Shown: positions 14,432 through 28,107, numbered from the stretch's first letter. The stretch: DNA of 64,000 nt from Eledone cirrhosa (GCA_964016885.1 OZ024743.1:58218001-58282000), one strand, 5' to 3'. The notes: generated by a model not told the origin, from the sequence alone. Numbers and translations are program-made.

Positions 14432-14470
<39 letters not shown>

Positions 14471-15074
14471 TATATTCGTGTACAGATATTTTTGCATACA
14501 CAAAAACAAAATATAAACAAACGTATTTATTTCACGAAAGCACAGACGGCTTATCGTCATTGTTACTGCCGATATGCCACCCAAAAAGTCCTAGCCTGGC
14601 CGCAAGATCAGATTTTCCAGAAGAAAAAATGTTACTAGAGCAACAGAGAGACTAAGCTTCGCGATTACCATCAACAAAGCTCAGGATCAAACCCTAACAG
14701 TAGCTGGCCTTCATCTGGGAAAACCATGGTCAATTGTATGTAGGATTCTCTAGAATGAGCTCGCCAAACAATCTCTTCATCTTTGCTCCCGAGGGCCGAA
14801 CAAAAAATATTGTATACTCTGAGGCTCTAACAATGTAATTTATGTATTTTCTGTTACTTGGAATTTTCATTATAGTTGTACAAATTATTGTAAAGTTTGT
14901 TAAAATGTTTGTTCTCTGTTCAACATTTATTGTTGTAACTGTCAATTCTCTTTAACGTACTGGCTGAGAAATGAAACCTACAATAAAAGAATATCTTAAA
15001 GTTTACGCAAGCCAAATGTTGTATTTATTAACATTTCTATCTGCAGGTTCCTAGCAACTTACTGGCGCTTTAGT
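14053..15074 (+). mobile_element. Internally deleted Helitron retaining the PIF1-helicase C-terminus (~14648-14838)
   Basis: 5' end TCTATACTATAAAGC. Translation RLSFAITINKAQDQTL..HGQLYVGFSR..TKNIVYSEAL*. The 3' hairpin/TTAGT is degenerate. Confidence 0.75.
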
Positions 15075-15505
15075 ATGGTATTGAATTCTCATATCGTTTT
15101 TGATTGATATGGTGCATATATCGCAGCTATTCATATGTTTTAAACATTAGATAACGATTGCTGGTGTATATTGTACGACAGAATTAGCTGAAAAATATTT
15201 TGAATGAACAAATAAATGAGATATAAAAGAGAGATGTTTGTTGGTTGGTTCCTTCGCGTATCACGAAAAAAAACGAAAAGTGACAATCGGAAAGTATGTA
15301 TAGGATTGGGATAAGAGTATATCCAGGAAAGTTTATTGATACTAATTTTATAACATCAAAGAAGAAGAAAGACATACCACGTATGCTAACCAACCTGACT
15401 CCTATTTCTTGCAAGTTGGGAATCAACCATAAGGGATTCTCTTTGCGAGTTTGTTGTCAGTGATGATCGTGTTTCGCGGCCTGTCTCCGATTCCAACGGT
15501 GGTTT

Positions 15506-15764
<259 letters not shown>

Positions 15765-15856
15765 TGTAAACAAGACAATGCATTCAATACAGACGTTTTC
15801 TCTTCTGCCGGTCTTTTATCATTTGTTAACCTTGGCTAAGCTGGATACTTCAGCTA

Positions 15857-15944
<88 letters not shown>

Positions 15945-16010
15945 TTCTGTGTGCTTTTGTAATTGCTGGACATTGTGGGATTACCAGGCAATATTACTTT
16001 CATTTTCCAG

Positions 16011-16078
16011 TATGCAGAGTCATTCAACTTTAATCCCCACAAATGGCTTCAAGTCAACTTTGATTGTTCATCAATGTG
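16011..16078 (+). CDS. DDC: DDC/AADC-like gene 1, internal exon carrying the PLP-binding lysine ([23 protein letters not shown])
   Basis: ttttccag|...|gtgagt; 68 nt; NPHK motif of group II decarboxylases. Earlier exons were not found in 1-16010. Confidence 0.93.
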
Positions 16079-17506
16079 GTGAGTTCCTTTGTAATTATAT
16101 TTAATCAGAAATCTTCCAAAATTCTTATTTTCATTCAGACCTTAGTGATAAGCTTCTTTAATTCGTAGATTAACCTGTTGATTATTCCAAATTAGCTTTT
16201 AGCTTATTGAGTAATGATCGGAGAAAAATATATAAAATTGTAAAACTGTATCAATATGCTATCTATCATTGCCTCGGATTTCATAAATTTTAATGTAAAT
16301 GTCGTGTCACTGTCTTGATATATGGCGTGTATTGGACATTTTAAACCTGGTTGTGCCTATTCCTCTCCAGATATATCCGCATTCCAAACTTTTCAGAGAA
16401 AGTGTAAGACAGAAAAATATAGAGAAGAGGAATTGACCACAGCGCTTGATTGGGACTTTATTTATCAACCCGAAAGGATGAAAGACTAGGTTTTCCTTGG
16501 CAGGACGTTACACGTTTCATACGTCTTACTAGTTGCATAGATTATACATTTTGCTATAATATTACTAATGAAAGACACTGCCTTCGAAGGCCAATTCATA
16601 GTCAAGAATTTGGGGATATTTAGTATCATGACTTACTTTCTCAATATTTAGATAGTGTTGGGAATATAAGTTAAGCCATGTTTTTACAAGAAAGTATGGC
16701 AGATGAATTTAGATACAGATAAATACTTTAAAATGAAAATAAAATAAAAATCTTTGTAGTGGAGAACTGTGGTAGATTTCAGGCGGTTTAGTAATAAGAC
16801 TTAAAGAAATTAAGTATATGTAACGTTATGTGTTGTTTTGCACATCCTTCGACTCCAAAATGAAATTAACAGTGCAAGTGTTTAAGCATTTCACAGGTAC
16901 GTGTTTAAGCATTTCACAGGTGCTCATAATGCAGTTCTCATTGGACTGCAACGTCCAAAAATATGGTGCCTTGCTCAAGGACACAATATGCTGCTGACGC
17001 TGAGAAACTATCGCCCTAATCACAAAGCCATGCACCATCAACATGTGTCGTAAAAGCACAATGAAACAAAATTACGATGATACAAATCCACAGAACTAAG
17101 ATATCACAGTGCCATATATTTTCCAATGGTTACTTCGTTTTAATAGGGACGAATTGGTAGAGCCGTTAGTGCGTCTGATAAAATATATTTTTTGCTTTTG
17201 TTCCGGCTCACCGTGCACTAAGTTCAAATCCTGTCGAAGTCAACTGTCACTATTTAAACTTTAAATGTCAAACTGAGGGTTCACTGAGGGCCACACGCGG
17301 CAACTAATTACGCACATTACAACTATTTCTTAAAATTTTCTATTACGAAGATAAAGCATGGTCGCGCTGTAAAAACTATTTTGCAGGCCGTAGGTGTGTT
17401 TCTAAAGGGTCACATGTTTGACATACCTGATTTAAAGGATGATAAATAAGTATCGGGCTAGACTAGGTCAAATCTTCCTCTATTACACCTTTTTTACTTC
17501 CCATTT

Positions 17507-17510
17507 TCCC

Positions 17511-17576
<66 letters not shown>

Positions 17577-17616
17577 TTCTCTCTCTCTATCTATCTATCT
17601 CTATCTTTCTCTCTCC

Positions 17617-17659
<43 letters not shown>

Positions 17660-17729
17660 CCCTCTCTCTCTCTCTTTCTCTCTCTCTCTTTCTCTCTCTC
17701 TATCTATCTATCTCTATCTTTCTCTCTCC

Positions 17730-17770
<41 letters not shown>

Positions 17771-17833
17771 CCCTCTCTCTCTCTCTCTTTCTCTCTCTCT
17801 CTTTCTCTCTCTCTATCTATCTATCTCTATCTT

Positions 17834-17893
<60 letters not shown>

Positions 17894-17910
17894 CCCTCTG
17901 TCTCTCTCTT
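17507..17910. repeat. (CT)n compound microsatellite
   Basis: Directly visible. Confidence 0.95.
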
Positions 17911-18091
17911 TCCGGGGAAATCGGAGAAGGATAGACGCTACAAAGTTTAAAATACCCAAGAAACTCCATTTATCACGACGGTGCACGCTTAACTCTATCA
18001 GGGTCTTTTCTTTCATTATTCCGTCTTCACCTTTAAGTTCAGGTTTATGTATAATGTTATTGTTTTTATGTTTATATTATTTCTTGTATAG

Positions 18092-18182
18092 GATAAAAGA
18101 CTGTCGAAACATCAGCCAAGCCTTTTCTGTTGATCCAGTTTATTTGAAACACGAGAATGAAGGAATTATGCCAGATTACAGA
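18092..18182 (+). CDS. DDC: DDC-like gene 1 exon, catalytic loop (W|IKDCRNISQAFSVDPVYLKHENEGIMPDYR)
   Basis: tatag|G...AGA|gtatga; 91 nt; completes the split Trp codon; DPxYLKH and PDYR motifs. Confidence 0.92.
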
Positions 18183-18209
18183 GTATGATGTTCCACTCAT
18201 TATTTTAAG

Positions 18210-18259
<50 letters not shown>

Positions 18260-18268
<9 letters not shown>

Positions 18269-21200
18269 TTCAAAATATTAACAAAATAGATATTTTTGTG
18301 ATCAAGTATATTTTATTATACATATTTCAGAGGTACTGAGTTAAGTTCAACAGTACGTCCTCATCAGATAAAATAAGATGATGCATGACATACCCTGACA
18401 TAGTAGATGGCTAAGATTCAGTCATAGTAGTGAGTAATATATGGCAACACTCAATATTTATATACCTTAATATTGAGAACATGAGAAAAATATATAATAC
18501 ATACAATAGATGTATTCAATATAACTGTAGATGTATTCAATAGATTAAAAAATATATGGCTTCAATATAACTGTTAAAAATGTAAATTACTGAAGAAAGA
18601 GGAAAGAAAGGAAAGCATAGAGGAAGAAACAGCTGATGAGATAATATAGTTAGTAGGTGCCTCGAAAGACAAAAGAGAGATGATTAAAGAGAGAGAGAGA
18701 CAAAGGGGAATAATTTATGTTCAAGTTTATAGACAATTATCCATATATGCAATATATTTATAGACAATAGGTTTTAAAAGTTAATAGGTATCTATATTAA
18801 TATATATATACTATCAAGTTTAATTTCTAAAATTCAAATTTTATGAAATTAAATTTAAAGGATTTACAAACACGAGAATGAAAATATAATGTTTTTATAA
18901 CCTCACGAAGGTAAACTTTACCAAAATTATGTATAATATTGACAACAGTTTATATAATATAATTTATAAAATAATTACAGTTATAATTATTAAAGAATTT
19001 ATGATTAACAATTTGAGTGCTTAAAGGATCAACAGGCCTTATAATTAAACTTAAAGAAGTCTGAATTTTAAATTACATGTATGTGTTAATAAAAAAATAT
19101 ACAAGGATTATATTGTCTAAAGTATTAAGGTGATACCTTTCAAATATACATAACATAAAACAATAATACAATAATACAATATAGTAAATAAGTTACAGAA
19201 AATATAAAAAAAAAAATATTGTTAAAAATTGATGTTTTATATCAATTATTGTAAAAGGGTCATTTAGTTGATATATATTATAAATATATAAGTCAAAACT
19301 ACATGAGTCCTAAGGATAAGGGCTAGATACAAAATAAATATAAAAATAAAAAGTGAAAAATAACGAATTGTTTGCGAAACTTAAAAATGCTCAATATTAA
19401 AAATATAGTTTAAAATGTAATAGGGTTTTAATATATAGTAGACAAAAGATACTTATAAAATGTCCAGCGAATGTGATAGAAAGAGGAGCTAAAGATTTGA
19501 AAAAGCCGAAGGTAATCTAAATTTAATTAAAATAAATTAAATTATATTAAATTAAGTAATAATCATTATATAATTTCGGACATCCAGGGAATATCTAACA
19601 CTTATAACAATAGAGAGTCATTTGAGGATCTAAATTATTTATAAATGTAACTACGAGTATGTTATTACACGAGATAAACATATTTGTACAACTATATAGA
19701 GAGAGTATTATAGGTATTAATGAAACGATATATATTTAATAAATAAATAATTATAATCATTATTAGTAATGCTATAATTGTGGTTTTATCTCCAGTTCAG
19801 TGGAGAGAGAGACCAATATTTGTCGACTAGTATGGTTTGTTACATTTATACCTAGATATATATAAAAAATATATACGTGCAAATCTAACTTTCTGAGTCC
19901 CCAAAACATACCCAAAATGGGTAAAATATATAAATGTATGAATGATCTACGGTTCAATTATAACCGATAATTTTACAAGTTAAATATCCAAATTATATAT
20001 TTAAAACAGAGACAGATAAATAAAGATTCGAGTCTAAATCATAAATATCTAAAATAATCCTAAGGTGAACAAGTTACCAAATAATATGTTTATATGCCTA
20101 ACCAGGATCCTTCATTCTAACATTAATTCTATCATAAATGATTAGAAAATAAAGTATTATTAAAGTTTTATAAACTGTTACAACAGTTGATAAGAGACGT
20201 CAAAAATTAAAGCCTGTTTGTTTACTGTTTTGTCCTGACTTTTTGTGAGGCTTGGAATGTAGATAAAGCTTTATGAAGGCAGTTTGAGAATAATTCACAA
20301 AGGTTGCAGTTAGTTGATATAGACGAGTTCGAGTATATTTTACTATTACAAAGCTTCGTCCAAAAAATGGAGTATTTTAAATTTTTGTCTTTTAATGACC
20401 ATATAAGTTGTGATAAAGAAATCGAAGACTTCCTATTAAAATTCGAAAATCAGCATTTGTGATTCGCAAATCTCGATTTAAATGTTGAAGAAGTTGCCCC
20501 TATGTAGTTGTATGTGTTGTTATTCGTTTTTACGGTGCATTTATACACCAAATTTCTATCCATACAATTATTTTGCAGAGAGCAATCTGGTTTATTTCTA
20601 CAATTACATTTCGATTTATTATTATTTATATTAACACTATTATTAACATCATTATGCTGATTTAGGTTTAGAATACTACTATTCAGTTTAGCGATGTTTT
20701 GGGCCATATCCTTTAAGCACTCAAATTATTAATCATAAATTCTTTAATAATTATAACTGTAATTATTTTATAAATTATATTATATAAACTATTGTCAATA
20801 TTATAAATAATTTTGGTAAAGTTTACCTTCGTGAGGTTATAAAAACATTATATTTTCATTCTCGTGTTTTTAAATCCTTTAAATTTGATTTCATAAAATT
20901 TAAATTTTAGAAATTAAACATGATAGTATATAGATATTAATATAGATACCTATTAACTTTTAAAACCTAAAATATTATTCATTACCTTGAACTAACTTAA
21001 ATTAAATATTTTGAATATTAACTGTCAAACAAATAAGTTTAGATATATATTGTATATATGGATAATTGTCTATAAATATATTGTATATATGGATAATTGT
21101 CTATAAACTTGAACATAAATTATTCCCCTTTGTCTCTCTCTCTCTCTCTTTAATCATCTCGCTTTTGTCTTTCGAGGCACCTACTAACTATATTATCCCA

Positions 21201-21415
21201 TCAGCTGTTTCTTCCTCTATGCTTTCCTTTCTTTCCTCTTTCTTCAGTAATTTACATTTTTAACAGTTATATTGAAGCCATGTATTTTTTAAGCTGTATT
21301 ACACGCACCCTCTCTATTGTATGTTATTGTATGTTAACTCAGTACCTCTGAAATATGTATAATAAAATATACTTGTTCACAAGAATACCTATTTTGTTAA
21401 TACTTTGAATTAATA
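18260..21415 (-). mobile_element. PLE (Naiad-like) 3' remnant: GIY-YIG fragment (~20220-20707), long AT-rich tail and inverted ~700-bp arm
   Basis: KCNCRNKPDCSLQNNC..LVYKCTV..YIGATSSTFKSRFANH. 18260-19029 is the reverse complement of 20708-21415, with indels. Confidence 0.8.
18309..18375 (-). ncRNA. Type I hammerhead ribozyme motif at the PLE 3' end
   Basis: TATTTTAT-CTGATGA-GGACGTACTG..CAGTACCTCT-GAAAT-ATGT-ATA-ATAAAATA; all three stems close. Confidence 0.7.
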
Positions 21416-21507
21416 TTAATAACTCTGGAAAACCATTAACTGTTGAGTGCTTCCAATCTATTGTAAAACTCATTGATTGATTTATTCATTGAACCTTGTT
21501 TAAATTT

Positions 21508-21580
<73 letters not shown>

Positions 21581-21581
<1 letters not shown>

Positions 21582-21985
21582 ACTGACATAGCTTAAGAGG
21601 CTGTTTGCATAGTTTCAAACGAATCGAATATTTTTATTAATATTCGAAAGACTCAGCTTTGCATTTCTTGTATTCAGCCATGTAGAGCGATAAAACGATT
21701 TGTTAGTTATTTGAGTATGGCAAAGCCGCCCATTAATCGCTCGTATACTGAAAACTGAGTGGCCTGTATGCTGATATGCAAATCTGGCTGATCAGTGGAT
21801 CTGCTAACATACAGATCTGATTGAACAGTCTGCTAATATGCAAATCGAGCCGATCAGTCCCTGCATATTTTAGAAAATATATATTTTCTCTAGCTCTGGC
21901 AGGTAAACAGTATAGGGTACTGATGATGGGTAATCACCCAGAAACATTATTGCCTGCCGTTCTGTGTGTATTCCAACACAAGTGT
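21581..21985 (+). mobile_element. HHR-bearing ~400-nt repeat (retrozyme-like), copy 1; cleavage triplet reads GCC
   Basis: Homologous to 59822-60260 in permuted order. CTGATGA-TGGGT AATC ACCCA-GAAAC at 21920-21945. Confidence 0.65.
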
Positions 21986-22188
21986 GTGTGTGTGTATGTA
22001 TATTATATATATGTGCGTGTGTATGTGTATTATATATATATGTGTGTGTGTAAGTGTGTGTCTACACACAAAAAACGCCGTCATTCATATGATATTTTAA
22101 ATATTTGCCCATTTCATAGTTCTAATTTGAATGAAGGTTCCATTTGTCAATGATTTGTTAAAATATTTCTTCTCTCTTTTGTTCAAAG

Positions 22189-22287
22189 CACTGGCATGTA
22201 CCATTAGGAAGGCGTTTCAGAGCCTTGAAACTCTGGTTCGTTTTACGACTGTATGGTATCAAAAGACTGCAAGAAATTATAAGAAGG
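22189..22287 (+). CDS. DDC: DDC-like gene 1 exon ([33 protein letters not shown])
   Basis: caaag|...|gtaagt; 99 nt; PLGRRFR.LK.WF signature. Confidence 0.95.
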
Positions 22288-22433
22288 GTAAGTGTTAAAG
22301 ACTTCTGTTAACTAACACTCTCATGGTCATCAGATATTGCCTGGTTTCTGCAGGGTGAACACCATGAGCCACCATCTCTGTCTTTTTTGTAGTATCCTTA
22401 TAAATTACATCCATGTAAAAAAAGACAGGATAC

Positions 22434-22496
<63 letters not shown>

Positions 22497-23634
22497 GGGG
22501 AATTTCCTCGTGTACTGGATTAGCACATTTTTTATCCACCTCCAAAGGTTGAATGCCAAAAATTGATCTTCGCAGGATTTGAACTCAGATTGCACAGTGC
22601 TAAAATGAATAGCGTGGAGGATGCTTTACACGTTCTAACGACTTTGCCAATTCACTACCTTATGCATGCATAGTCCCGTAACTCCCGAAGGTGTCGTAGA
22701 GGCGCTGTATTGACATACGGCGTTTCTAGGGCATTTCTAAACCTGGTGAAGTCCATCTCCTCTCCAGCAGATTTCCTCCGGAGAAAGATAGAGAATGAGG
22801 GCAAGGAATTAAGAGAGATATATATGGAGGAAGAATCGACCCCAGTACTAGATTGGTACTTTATTTATCAACCTCGAACGGATGAAAGGAAAATTTGATT
22901 TGAACTCAGCCGAAACGAATACCACAAACTATTCTATCCAAAGTTCTAACGTGTCTGCCAATTTACCGCCTACGCACTGCCTTATGCATCCATTCTAACA
23001 TTCTATCGTGTACTGGTTGCACTTTTTTATAGCACCAAGTTTAGAGAGTTCATGTATTGGGCAAAATTGATAAATCATCTATACACTGTATTGTCTCCGT
23101 TCGATTATCAACTACATTACAGAATGTATTGGGTCACCTTTATGTTGGCACTAGCAAACACACTATAAAACTATACTGAATGAAGTTTTGCGTGGTACTT
23201 GGAATGGGATTCTGTCGGTTTCCACAATAGCCTTTTCCAGCTGTTCAAACAAAGGAATAGTGTGCTCGTGAAATTAAACGTGAAATAGCAGAGAACGTCA
23301 CAAACACGACCACTCATAACACAATTCTTAACATCCAGCAAAATACACTGTATAACAATGCTGGTCCTTTGAATTACAGCTACAATCCATCCGACGGGCT
23401 GCCAAGCAGTTGAGGTCTACACTATTTCACTCATAATTTCACACACAAGGCTATGATAAATTACACTTGCCCAAGATGACACGCTGCGGAATCGAATCTG
23501 AGACATAATGATTATGAAGCATTCGGTTATGCCACGGATAAGCTATGGCCACTCATAGTACCAGCACTAGAGTGGATGCTATATATTCCACAATACTATA
23601 GAGACCTCTCTACTCAATATTATATTTGTTTGAC

Positions 23635-23810
23635 AATATCGGTGGTGGGTCGGACGCCATGCTTTCCAGCATAGTTACGTCCCTTTACGATCTGAGTTCA
23701 AATCCCGCCGAGGTTGACTTTGCCTCTCATCCTTACGGGGTCGATAAAATAAAGTACCAGTAATGCACTGGATAATTGCTGGCCTTGTGCCTAAAGTAGA
23801 AACAATTATA
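23635..23810 (+). mobile_element. tRNA-derived SINE
   Basis: GTTCAAATCCCGCCGAGG..CATCCTTACGGGGTCGATAAAATAAAGTACCAG. More degenerate minus-strand copies at ~16420-16510, 22510-22660 and 22840-22970. Confidence 0.8.
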
Positions 23811-23906
23811 TTTGTTTGACAATATTGTATTAGTTGATAACATCCAATACCTTTCCAAAACACCTACATGGATTATTTTCTGTATTATCTTTTTGTTAAT
23901 GCTTAG

Positions 23907-24008
23907 GACATAAAATTGGCTGTAGAATTCAAGAAGTTGATTGAAGCTGACGCAAGGTTCGAACTCTTTGGTGAAGTTAAAATGAGCCTCGTTTGCTTTC
24001 GTTTAAAG
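23907..24008 (+). CDS. DDC: DDC-like gene 1 exon (DIKLAVEFKKLIEADARFELFGEVKMSLVCFRLK)
   Basis: gcttag|...|gtaagt; 102 nt; D.RFE and LVCFRLK motifs. Confidence 0.95.
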
Positions 24009-24048
24009 GTAAGTTAAGTTTAATGTGTATCTGACTGGTATCCAAGTG

Positions 24049-24300
24049 AAGGTGCGTAGCTTAGTAGTTAGGATTTGCGACTCATCATTTTAATGTACGT
24101 TCGAACACCAGCGGTGCGTTGTCTCCGTGAGCAAAGCACTTTATTTCACATTACTCCAGTTCACTCGACTGGAAAAATGAAATGTACAAATAATTCATAA
24201 AGACGGCGTTGTCACATCTTGCGTGTCGCTGAATCTCACTGACACAATTTCACGGCCAGATTGATCTATTGATCAAACAATTGAAATACTCGTCGTTGGA
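24049..24300 (+). mobile_element. Older tRNA-headed SINE, CORE-like
   Basis: A-box-like TAGCTTAGTAGTTAG, B-box-like GTTCGAACACC, then CCGTGAGCAAAGCACTTTAT. Confidence 0.5.
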
Positions 24301-25433
24301 ACATTCAGGAATCTAAAAAATAATATCCAAAGATAAATAAATCACAAGTATCAACTACCGTTTAAACAGAATAAACTTTAAAATTATTGAATTTATTAAA
24401 TAAATATCTATCGAATAATTCAGTAGAGTTAGTTTATATGAAGTATCGTGAGATGTGTGATTATGAGTGTTGTGAGAAGCCGGTACAATGTAAAGTATAC
24501 ATAGAAGAGGCGAAACCCAGTGTAAAATAAAGAAAAAAGAAACAAAATCACACAAGTTTACTCATGATATTTCGATGTCACGACCACATTTTCAAAAGAA
24601 AAAAAATGTGCGAGGTGTTGATGACGAGCGGACGAATAGTTTTTAATTAAATATCCTCGCCAACATTAGATTTCAATCGAAATTATAAACTGAAATCTAT
24701 TGAAACATTTTCGAAGTATATTATATGATTTTATTCTTCCGAATCTGACACGTAAATACTATTTAATGTGAGCTACTGAGATTACGTTTTGATGCTGTTG
24801 CATCTCGGTCATAACTGACAAAATATAGTATTTATAACACTTCTTTAAATACTTCATATAAATGATGAAATATATACATAGTCACTGGACTTGCTAGATA
24901 TAGCAGCCCTTTCTTCTTCAGATCACATCTAACGTCTTAACAGAAAGGAGATTTTATAACATAAATAGTTCCTGATATATTCTATCTGAAAAGGTCATAT
25001 AGTCATTGTTGGAATATGTTTGATTAGAGATCTGCTGGATCAATGCTGACTTGGAGGTAAACAACAGCAACGAATCAATGACTTACTCTCTTTGTACCAG
25101 GGAGGAGATCAAAGACAGAAGATTCCTATTTGGAGAAAATCAATAAACATTGTAAATGTCAACACCATCTATGATGTTGTCACGCTATATTTGGTGGTAA
25201 GCTTTTAGTGAATGGAGCAGCAATTACAGCAATATTAACAAAGCTAAAGAATACAGATTATAGGTTGACTTCAGAGGAGAGTTACTGCCTGTAGGAGATG
25301 ATAATGATAGCGATAATTTCTCTTTACTTAATACAAGTGCAACAGAGAACAGTATTACAAATATCAAGATCAAATAAAATATAAACAAAGATACAAGAAA
25401 AGAATGGTTAGACACATTTGACTAATTACATTG

Positions 25434-25476
<43 letters not shown>

Positions 25477-25830
25477 AGGATTAGAATACTGGAGCGTGTT
25501 TGAGTCAAACACCCTCTTCGTATTATAGAAATGACAGTAAAAGGTATAGCTCAATGCAGTTAAACAGAGCCAAAAAATTAAGAGAGTAAAACAAAGAATC
25601 CTTTAATACATCAAAAGTTTCTATTCTATTTTATTATATTATATTGAATTATATAATTTTGTTGTTTATTATTTGTTATATGTGTTTCTTGTAATTATAT
25701 CATATTATTGCCTCATGTATATTGGGTAGATGTATTAGTATTATTTTCACTATTACCATGCTTATTTTTAATATTCAAACTTCTAATAGGGCTTAATTTC
25801 TGTGTAGTCGAACATGGATATGTGTGTTGT

Positions 25831-25861
<31 letters not shown>

Positions 25862-26207
25862 GCACATATATACATGTATATATTGTACCTTTTGATTTTT
25901 AATTTGGAATTTTAATGTTGGTAAAAGTATATTATTATTATAATGTATTATATTGTGTTATATATAACTCCTGCTCTATATAACCAAATTTGTTTAGATT
26001 TAGGTTGGTTGCTTTGGACTATATTTGTAATATGGTTCTTAATGTTATCTACATCCTTAGTTATTCTTATTATATATTTTTATTATTTTTATCTTTATTT
26101 TCATTTTTATTATCGTATATCTTTGTAAGACATTAGTGTATGTACACTCCATATTCTTCAGAGTTTCTGGCTTGTATCTGCCGATATTACCTCTTGTTGT
26201 TTTGACT

Positions 26208-26245
26208 GCCCTGATGAGTCCTTAATAGGACGAAATATTGTCGGC
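26208..26245 (+). ncRNA. Minimal type I hammerhead ribozyme with a canonical core, in the last intron of gene 1
   Basis: GCC-CTGATGA-GTCCT TAAT AGGAC-GAAA-TATT-GTC-GGC, inside an element bounded by inverted repeats 25577-25620 / 26252-26295. Confidence 0.8.
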
Positions 26246-26501
26246 TAATAAAAACTTTTGATGTATTAAAGGATTCTTTGTTTTACTCTCTTAATATATA
26301 TATTTATATATATATGAGGAAAAAAGCTGAAGTCCAAAATACAACTGGAGTCTTTTTAAGAATATTTATTTGGTTCCTTTACCGGCGGTTTCGTAGTTCT
26401 TGTGCTTTTGAAAAGTAGAATTGAGATGGAGGGCTCATTTTATGAATATTTAAACTCTACTTTGCTATAGAGTACTTTTTTCTCTCAGCCCTCAACTATA
26501 T

Positions 26502-26617
<116 letters not shown>

Positions 26618-27041
26618 TATATATATATATATACGCACACATATGAATGTCTATATATATGTACATTCATATATAAGTAACAACAATAAAGAAGAAAAAA
26701 CAAATTAGCTAAACAATTCAATAAAATGATGTTATCTTAGTTCGAAAATAACCTTAACGTTTCGGACGCCACTCTTTCATTGGTAGAGTGAAAAAGGAGA
26801 AGAGATAACATTTGGGGAGGAGAAAAAAAAGATAGACTGACGAGAATTAAAAAGAAAACATGAAAATGGTTAGAGAAGAGACAAAGCCTGTCTTGTTATA
26901 AGGTAATTCATAACGGATCTAGATATGACATAAAGCTTATAATTCTATTGCGTGTCGTTATAATTTAATTTTGATTAAGATCTGTCGCAAATCCCTTGTA
27001 AAACTATAAATCTCTTTTTATCTTTGCATTTATATTCACAG

Positions 27042-27257
27042 GGCGGCAACGAAAATAATGAAGATCTAGTGAAAGAGATAAACAAAGATGGCCGTATCCA
27101 TTTGGTACCATCGAAATGTGGCGATATATTCTTCCTTCGCTTTTCTGTCTGCACTAATCGTACGACATCTGAAGACGTGCAACATGCTTACAAAGTTATC
27201 ACAGAAATAGTAGAGAAAATATTGCAAAAGTCTCGAATATCGTTGGATTCCAAATGA
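27042..27257 (+). CDS. DDC: DDC-like gene 1 terminal coding exon (GGNENNEDLVKEINKDGRIHLVPSKCGDIFFLRFSVC...SK*)
   Basis: tcacag|GGC..TGA; matches the AADC C-terminal domain (IN..G.IHLVP, F.LRF.VC). Confidence 0.95.
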   Translation, partial: GGNENNEDLVKEINKDGRIHLVPSKCGDIFFLRFSVCTNRTTSEDVQHAYKVITEIVEKILQKSRISLDSK

Positions 27258-27464
27258 AACATTCGGGCAACACGTTATATTCTTCAGCGGAACAAAACCT
27301 TATGAAATCACATTTATTTTCATATAAAAGTATTGGCGGTGTTTTAAAGAATATTCACTCCCATATAAATGGCTATAAATATTTTGCTTATTAGTATTGT
27401 TTTTACGACAATTTCTTGTTTGGAATAATTGTACATTGGGGAAATGGTGGTTTACGATTCTGCT

Positions 27465-27490
27465 AATAAATAAACAAATAAATAAATAAA
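27465..27490 (+). promoter_or_regulatory. Clustered AATAAA hexamers, candidate poly(A) signal of gene 1
   Basis: Overlapping AATAAA ~210 nt after the stop codon; could also be an AAAT microsatellite. Confidence 0.4.
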
Positions 27491-28107
27491 TTATCCCTTT
27501 CTGGGGTAAACCTTTCTTTTCTGGCTGCTATTTCTAGTATGCCCAAAGATCACGCAGGTGGCCCCTGTTAGTTCATAGGAAATATATTTGAAACAGATTA
27601 ATTATGATTTCGTCACACTTCCTCTTATGCTTTTTTCTTGGTTTATACCACCAACATTTCTGTACTTTCCCAAAAACTAAACTAACATAGGATTTTCCAC
27701 TAGGTCTATCGTCATAGGAGAAATGACATCCCAAAATAATAAAATTTCCTGCGGATAGGGGCGATGGTAGTGTCAAGAACAACCAATCTTCCTGTTTAAA
27801 ATGCAGAATTCTGCAAAAGTTACCGAACAAAATTATAACCATTTACATTAGACGATTATTCAGAAATTCCGCCAAATGGTTCTTTAATACTGAAAGAAAT
27901 CATAGTTTGGTTTGCTTGTTTAGAGATTTATTTTCCAACCAGATCATACATATTACTGGTTATTTCAGCAGTTTCTGATTTGTAGATTATAATGTAATAG
28001 GTGTAATATTATAACTATGATTGTGATCAAATCTATTATGACTAGTAGCTTTAATTAATATATATATATATATTATGTATGTACATATTATATATATATA
28101 TTATGTA

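Noticed and set aside
17261-17428. hAT-like MITE (TGTCAAAC...GTTTGACATACCTG)
   Set aside because: The left end is too degraded and no 8-bp TSD was found.
20450-20452. In-frame TGA in a Naiad-like GIY-YIG fragment as possible selenocysteine (some Naiads encode selenoproteins)
   Set aside because: It falls at the HKxSF serine position (TCA>TGA likely), not at a conserved Cys; the Cys codons are normal and no SECIS was recognised.
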